From positions 1-45,537 of the IMG/VR virus record IMGVR_UViG_3300012987_000002: 45,537 nucleotides of DNA; one strand, written 5' to 3'. The stretch's first letter is position 1. The number at the start of each line of letters is the position of its first letter. Of this stretch, positions 41,301-45,537 are shown piece after piece. The notes under the pieces are model-generated. The model did not search any database and was not told the DNA's origin. It worked only from the letters and a program-made list of their open reading frames with translations. Made by a program: the position numbers and the translations under genes. Source of the DNA: a virus. Its lineage: Duplodnaviria; Caudoviricetes.

Positions 41301-43855
41301 CGATTGCTCTTGAGCAGCACCAGCAGAAGATCGAGGATCTGGCCAGTCGCATTGATGACCATGGTCAGGTGATTAATGAGTTCGCTCAGTACTCGAACTA
41401 CGTACTGAACCGGGCTGTCGAATCGACTGGCCGTCGCATCGGTGAGAAGTCCTACCAGTACCGTGGGATGACTGTTCCGCAGGCATTCTCCAAGGAGTGG
41501 ACCAACCCGATCAGCCGCTCCCAGTTCGATGCAGAAGGAGACGTTGCGGCGTCTGCCATCTACGCACGCGCTGAAGCTGTGGACAAGGAGCGGCTTATCC
41601 GCTCCGGCTCCTGGGACTACATCACTCCCGATCAGCCGCAGCACATGGCTGAATGGCTCAATGCCCTCAACCGTCAGTTCGCTCAGGATGAAGGTTTCCG
41701 GCTGGTCATGCAGGACTCTACGGGCGAAGCCGCCCGTAGGTACTTTGCAACGCCTGCTGGCAAGCAGCATCTGAAGGACATCGGCGGACAGGGAAAGGAC
41801 CCCGAGGAACTGATCAAAAAGATCAGGCTCACTCTGGACAAGTACCTTCCCGAGGACACTGGCCTGCGACAGAAGCTGCTTGACGGTGAAGACCTCACCA
41901 AGGCCGACCTCCACAAGGCAATCCCGCCCAATGACTTCCCGGTTGTTCACGGCCAGGAAGTTCTGGACAAGACTGCATTGTGGGGCAAGCACCAGCCTGG
42001 CAACATCCTCGATGCCGCCATTAAGAACGGCTTCAAGAGGCTGGGTGCCATTCCTTCTTCGGTCATGTCCCGGAACCCTGTGTACGTCAAGTTCCAGGAA
42101 GGGCGGATGAAGGAGCTGATCGATGGTGAGCTTCGAGTCCGTATGTCTCAGGGCAAGACGGATCACCTGACTCCGGAAGAGCTGAATCAGCTCATGCTGA
42201 AGTCGGACAAGATGGCTCGCAAGGATATGGCTCAGATCGTCTATGACCCTACAAGGACTTCGGCATCCGAGGCCCTTCGGTTCATAGCTCCGTTCTACTC
42301 GGCTCACGCTGACGGCCTTGCCCGATGGGGTGGGCTGATCGCTGAGAAGCCACAGGCCCTCGGCAGGATTGCTCAGATCTACAATGCCCCGGTCGCAGCC
42401 AACATGGTGACCGATGCTCAGGGCAACCTGGTTGGCCAGGATGGCTATGCGGACATTGTAGACCCGACTACGTATAAGCTGGACAAGAAGGGCCATCCTA
42501 TTCCGGGGACGGCTAAGGTGATCGGCAGGAAGTTCGTTCCGATCCAGGACAGGACGCTTCATCTCAAAGCCCCATGGGCGGAGAAGGGTAGCGGCACTGT
42601 TCCGATCAAGCTTCAGGCCATGAACACCATCCTACCTGGGGATCCTTGGTGGAACCCTGGCTCTGGACCTATGGTTCAGGTGGCTGGTACGGCGCTCGCT
42701 AAGGCGGCGCCTTCGACTGGAGAGTTCCTTCAGTGGTCCAAGATCCTGCCCTACGGACCTTCTGGCTCAATGACTGAGGCCATCACTCCGAAGTACATGC
42801 GCAGCCTCTGGGCTGCGTATCAGGGTGATGACCCGGACAACGAGGCATACCAGAAGGCTTACCTGGCAATCTGGAACAAGAAGCAGATGGAGTTCCACGA
42901 GAACGGCACTAAGTTCTCACCCAAGGAGATCGAGCAAGAGGCCAAGCAGTTCCTCTTCCTGGACTTCCTGGAGGCGTGGGGATCTCCTGCTCAGACGCAG
43001 CAGACTCCCCTCACCGGAACGCCGTACCAGTTCTTTGTCGACCAGCTCTCTCAGCTCAAGAAGATTGATCCTGAGACTGCCAATGACAGGTTCCTTGCCA
43101 AGTTCGGGGCGGACTACTCGGGCTTCACTGCCTCCCTGTCCAAGTCAATGGGAATTGCTGCCACCATCAGCGCTGACCAGCAGGCAGAGAAGTACAAGGA
43201 CGAGATTTCTGCCGACCCTGACATGGCTGCCTTCTGGGTGGGCGATGTCTACAACGGAGGTCCTTTCTCCTCCGCCGTATATGCGAAGCAGATGGAGCAG
43301 AACTTCGGAGCCGAGAAGGCTCGGGAGAAAATCCCTGCGGAGCACGCCATTGAGCAGAACCAGATCTCTACCGGCTGGAATCAGTACAAGGCCGGGAAGA
43401 TGTATCTGGACTATCTGCTCATTCGCAATGGCTTCAAGTCCTACAGTGAATCGGGAGCCGAACAGCTCAACCAGGCCAGGAAAAACCTGGTGGATGGAAC
43501 GTCTCAGCAGTACCCCGCATGGGGAGAGGCATTCAATGTCACCGATCGTGGCAAGGTTCAGAGCCGCATACGCTCGTTCGAGATTGCACTCAAGGACGAG
43601 AAGCTGATGAACGACCCGATGCGTCGGGAGATGCCGGTACTCCAGCAGTACCTGGCAGGGCGTGCGATGTTCAAGAAGGCGCTCAAGCAGCGAGGGGCTA
43701 GTCAGGTTTCCTACGCCGCTGATGGGATCACTCCCATCGGAGAGTCTGCCGACATCGGATATGCGTGGGGCCAGTTCCGAATGGGGCTCGCCAACTCCAA
43801 CATCGCATTCAACGAACTCATGAACAGGTACCTGTCTAACGACGACCTTCAGTAA
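38327..43855 (+). CDS. 1842-aa putative internal/ejection virion protein
   Basis: Largest ORF, helical with a central coiled coil, in the structural operon. Confidence 0.65.
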   Translation: MARWWDTEMASAGQALASDPSMGFDVATTPDQVFNGQVPGQLKYEAKYTQGQYEDDKEDVQQKRSGFLGAILNFTDKADDVANSVTGGMWDKVQDNILAPVGKAVWYPVDKLATGAHWLYSNVVSRPLSMILQMDAQAALDADPSIMFSGKAWSDAWDQAENISPGQVVTNAALTGIARGDIGPVAPFMSDDVEKLQNIIKESQVGKDARERNTARLIQDTDYWRDKAGWTYTAGSGTLDFMSVMFLDPSTYLTAGVSSAVKGVRSIKYIEQGGELVRDQGKVVRGAKALVGKKPQTVEEVASGKKMNEFFDWVTSEGANGAARKTEAEIASHPIFGRGRRAAVAKNQLASLMSRASRDDLPLIYRYSVGDQRAAAELMAKGSNSLDDIGRVMDNRKLVGSVNFEPALLAYFAEKEGAKVAAGAELKPPLVLSPEATGLHEQAAKAVLEASPKMKINAAGTVSKSFIKQANTWKASQVDMVNQELARAEGIGTMLRSALAENLGAEDFSTAVKGAHLFGSLPQAYRMGNGAFRSTTKAAEKKFANKMADRRGVFSTEGLRRGFLGTPVRMLQAFGDRTPVGRINHNDADAGDRVYEMLREVPALGADQRSSLLNKYLTAGDKTAKSRALDEIHGEVMNHMAQRVHGLDPEIANIFQGMTKVGIADTVNKLAGKTVGSSKFGTKQAFSSAMDEGAAKTVDHIEDGVGWSVSPLAKTQLSQTDSLLPIKEINRVLARNSGGMKTLRRMGGSAADVTRMFADNANTIWKASTLLRPAYTARMVSEELAAAAIKFGFLSHIMASGTKGSTNFVLNRGQWLNAELGNVSGRVAEKLGAEKVAAKIGGSYTPSTGAGVDSRLAVVNLGDDEVIASAKARRAALEKEIAAAQAKPKNPARIAEIQTAIKGTKKRKEIDALRAELKTIHSQPEVDSLKAQLAAVKTTRIRVNKALPVIDARIKMEREAQGKLQQELARFEKKRKSILDNNAGKPMSNRSAIALEQHQQKIEDLASRIDDHGQVINEFAQYSNYVLNRAVESTGRRIGEKSYQYRGMTVPQAFSKEWTNPISRSQFDAEGDVAASAIYARAEAVDKERLIRSGSWDYITPDQPQHMAEWLNALNRQFAQDEGFRLVMQDSTGEAARRYFATPAGKQHLKDIGGQGKDPEELIKKIRLTLDKYLPEDTGLRQKLLDGEDLTKADLHKAIPPNDFPVVHGQEVLDKTALWGKHQPGNILDAAIKNGFKRLGAIPSSVMSRNPVYVKFQEGRMKELIDGELRVRMSQGKTDHLTPEELNQLMLKSDKMARKDMAQIVYDPTRTSASEALRFIAPFYSAHADGLARWGGLIAEKPQALGRIAQIYNAPVAANMVTDAQGNLVGQDGYADIVDPTTYKLDKKGHPIPGTAKVIGRKFVPIQDRTLHLKAPWAEKGSGTVPIKLQAMNTILPGDPWWNPGSGPMVQVAGTALAKAAPSTGEFLQWSKILPYGPSGSMTEAITPKYMRSLWAAYQGDDPDNEAYQKAYLAIWNKKQMEFHENGTKFSPKEIEQEAKQFLFLDFLEAWGSPAQTQQTPLTGTPYQFFVDQLSQLKKIDPETANDRFLAKFGADYSGFTASLSKSMGIAATISADQQAEKYKDEISADPDMAAFWVGDVYNGGPFSSAVYAKQMEQNFGAEKAREKIPAEHAIEQNQISTGWNQYKAGKMYLDYLLIRNGFKSYSESGAEQLNQARKNLVDGTSQQYPAWGEAFNVTDRGKVQSRIRSFEIALKDEKLMNDPMRREMPVLQQYLAGRAMFKKALKQRGASQVSYAADGITPIGESADIGYAWGQFRMGLANSNIAFNELMNRYLSNDDLQ

Positions 43856-43864
43856 GGAGTAGCC

Positions 43865-44794
43865 ATGGCCGATGGGCCTTATGTTCTGGACCAAGCTCAG
43901 CAGCAGCAGGGACTTGCGGCCCTTCAGGCCACTGGCTCCGGCCTGTCTGGTGGGTCGACGGTGTCTGCTGGCCCCGGCTTTGATGCCGGGGCTTATCTGA
44001 GTGGCTTCAATTCAAAGCCTGGAACTCCTGGCAGCCGAGTCTATCTCGGACCCAACAAGGGGATCCTCAACCCCGGCCTTGCGGCTGGTGGTGTGGGCAT
44101 GATTGGGGCCTTCTCGGGCAAGAACACCGACAGCTACGAGAATGCCCGCATGGCTCCCATTAACTGGGACGAGAAGCAGAAGCGGGACTTCATCTCCAAG
44201 GGCATTCTCTACAAGATGCCTGGCTTCGACTACAACATGGGCATGCCTGAGATCATGGATGCCTGGGATGGACTCGTAAAGTCCGCCCAGGCGTTCTCCA
44301 AGGAAGGTGCCGAGTGGTCGCCCTGGGATGTCATGGGTTCCTACGCCAATGACGGCAAGGGCTTCGGTACCATCCGCAAGGGTGACTGGCTCTATGACGC
44401 CAGGACCGGCGATAAGGTCAAGTATGTAGGACCCCGGACCAAGACGACCACGAGCAAGAACGTCAACCTGTCGTCCCCCGAGGACGTCAGGGCACTGACT
44501 ACTCAGATGCTCACGGAGCTGCTTGGCCGTGCACCTACGGATGAAGAGCTGGCCAAGTACCGGTCCAGCATCAATGGCTATGAGCGGGCAAACCCTGAGA
44601 TGACTACGACTACTCACACTCTCAATGACATGGGGGAAGAGGTAGCCCAGTCCAGCACCACTACGGGTGGTGCTTCCCAGGCTGCCCTGGGTTCCATTGT
44701 GGAAGGCGGAGCGAAGAAGGGGCCTGAGTACGGCAAGTACCAGGCTGGTACCACTTACTTCAACGCTCTCATGCAGATGATTACTGGAGGTTAG
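43865..44794 (+). CDS. Putative internal virion protein
   Basis: RBS TAAGGAG; LLGRAPTDEEL motif. Confidence 0.6.
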   Translation: MADGPYVLDQAQQQQGLAALQATGSGLSGGSTVSAGPGFDAGAYLSGFNSKPGTPGSRVYLGPNKGILNPGLAAGGVGMIGAFSGKNTDSYENARMAPINWDEKQKRDFISKGILYKMPGFDYNMGMPEIMDAWDGLVKSAQAFSKEGAEWSPWDVMGSYANDGKGFGTIRKGDWLYDARTGDKVKYVGPRTKTTTSKNVNLSSPEDVRALTTQMLTELLGRAPTDEELAKYRSSINGYERANPEMTTTTHTLNDMGEEVAQSSTTTGGASQAALGSIVEGGAKKGPEYGKYQAGTTYFNALMQMITGG

Positions 44795-44796
44795 CA

Positions 44797-45537
44797 ATGG
44801 CGTCAGGTGAGGACATCGTCAAGTACCTGTTGCAGTTCAAGGGTACGCCTTACGTCTGGGGCGGTGCCCAGCCTGGAGGCTTCGATTGTTCCGGCCTGAT
44901 GCAGTACGGCTTTGCTCACTTCGGAATCAAGCTGCCCCGAGTTACCTACGACCAGATCGGCCAGGGTCAGGCCATCGGAATGAAGGGCCTTCGCCCTGGC
45001 GATCTGGTCTTCTTCGACACCGACAAGAATGTAGCCGGACCTGACCATGTCGGCATCTATATGGGCAACGGGAAGATGTTCCATACTCCCCGCCCCGGCA
45101 AGTCTGCCGAAGTGGTTGACATGACCTCCGGCTACTACCTGGACAGGTTCATGGGTGGCCGTCGCATCGATGGAGTCAAGACTTCTGGTGCTTCGGTGGC
45201 CGATGGTCCGACTGAAGCTGAGGTCAAAATGACTCCCGAGGAGCTGGCTGCCTCGTACGGCTGGGCATATGGATTTCTGAACGGCAACAGTGAACTCAAG
45301 AAGCTGTTCAAGGAAGCCGTAGACGGCTCCTGGACGGCCGAAAAGTTCCAAGCCGGACTCCGGGACACTTCATGGTGGAAGAAGACCTCAGAGAGCGCCA
45401 GGCAGGCTCAAGTGCTGGAGAAGACAGACCCTGCCACATGGCAGGCTCAGCAGCTTGCAGTGACTACTCAGGTCCAGCAGCTGGCCGCCCAGATGGGGGC
45501 GGCCATTCCTCAGTCCAAGCTGAAGAGTGTCGTTGAC
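44797..45537 (+). CDS. NlpC/P60 peptidoglycan endopeptidase virion protein (continues at 1..684; missing from ORF track)
   Basis: GTPYVWGG..GFDCSGLMQY..LPRVT..PGDLVFF..DHVGIY..MFH (Cys-His-His); RBS GGAGG. Confidence 0.92.
   Translation, partial: MASGEDIVKYLLQFKGTPYVWGGAQPGGFDCSGLMQYGFAHFGIKLPRVTYDQIGQGQAIGMKGLRPGDLVFFDTDKNVAGPDHVGIYMGNGKMFHTPRPGKSAEVVDMTSGYYLDRFMGGRRIDGVKTSGASVADGPTEAEVKMTPEELAASYGWAYGFLNGNSELKKLFKEAVDGSWTAEKFQAGLRDTSWWKKTSESARQAQVLEKTDPATWQAQQLAVTTQVQQLAAQMGAAIPQSKLKSVVD
45415..45537. repeat. Terminal overlap, identical to 1..123
   Basis: Exact identity. Confidence 0.97.

Noticed and set aside
38378-42562. Long antisense ORFs (567 and 602 aa) and similar ones opposite the capsid and exonuclease genes
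   Set aside because: Shadow frames caused by GC-rich third positions of the real genes; no RBS or motifs
38327-43855. Virion RNA polymerase
   Set aside because: I could not identify single-subunit or DxDGD-type polymerase motifs; a profile search is needed to exclude it fully

Overview
This is a complete, circularly assembled genome (45,414 bp unique plus a 123-bp end overlap) of a lytic, high-GC actinobacterial podovirus. The host is most likely Streptomyces; gene content and size resemble cluster BF-type phages, which is inferred and not database-checked. The plus-strand late arm (32.6 kb through the join to 14.0 kb) runs: HTH-fused terminase, endonuclease VII, amidase, portal, 1842-aa internal protein, NlpC/P60 and lysozyme-like virion proteins, tRNA-Trp, scaffold, major capsid, SGNH esterase, tail proteins, a stand-alone peptidoglycan-binding protein and holin. 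The minus-strand arm carries replication genes (split primase, DnaB-like helicase, SSB-like, Cas4-like exonuclease, endonuclease VII, WhiB-like), many unannotated coupled microproteins and an early region, interrupted by a plus-strand island (metallophosphoesterase and sigma-like factor). I recognised no DNA polymerase, integrase or repressor. The most unusual signals are non-coding: (1) six covarying copies of one two-state RNA structure, each directly upstream of an early-gene RBS; (2) a ~650-nt structured early leader containing an rRNA-operon-type boxA; (3) a 95-nt tRNA-like RNA with a non-canonical core; (4) two homologous, oppositely oriented control modules heading the middle and late operons. 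A chain of tiny Cys/His zinc-binding microproteins is also notable.
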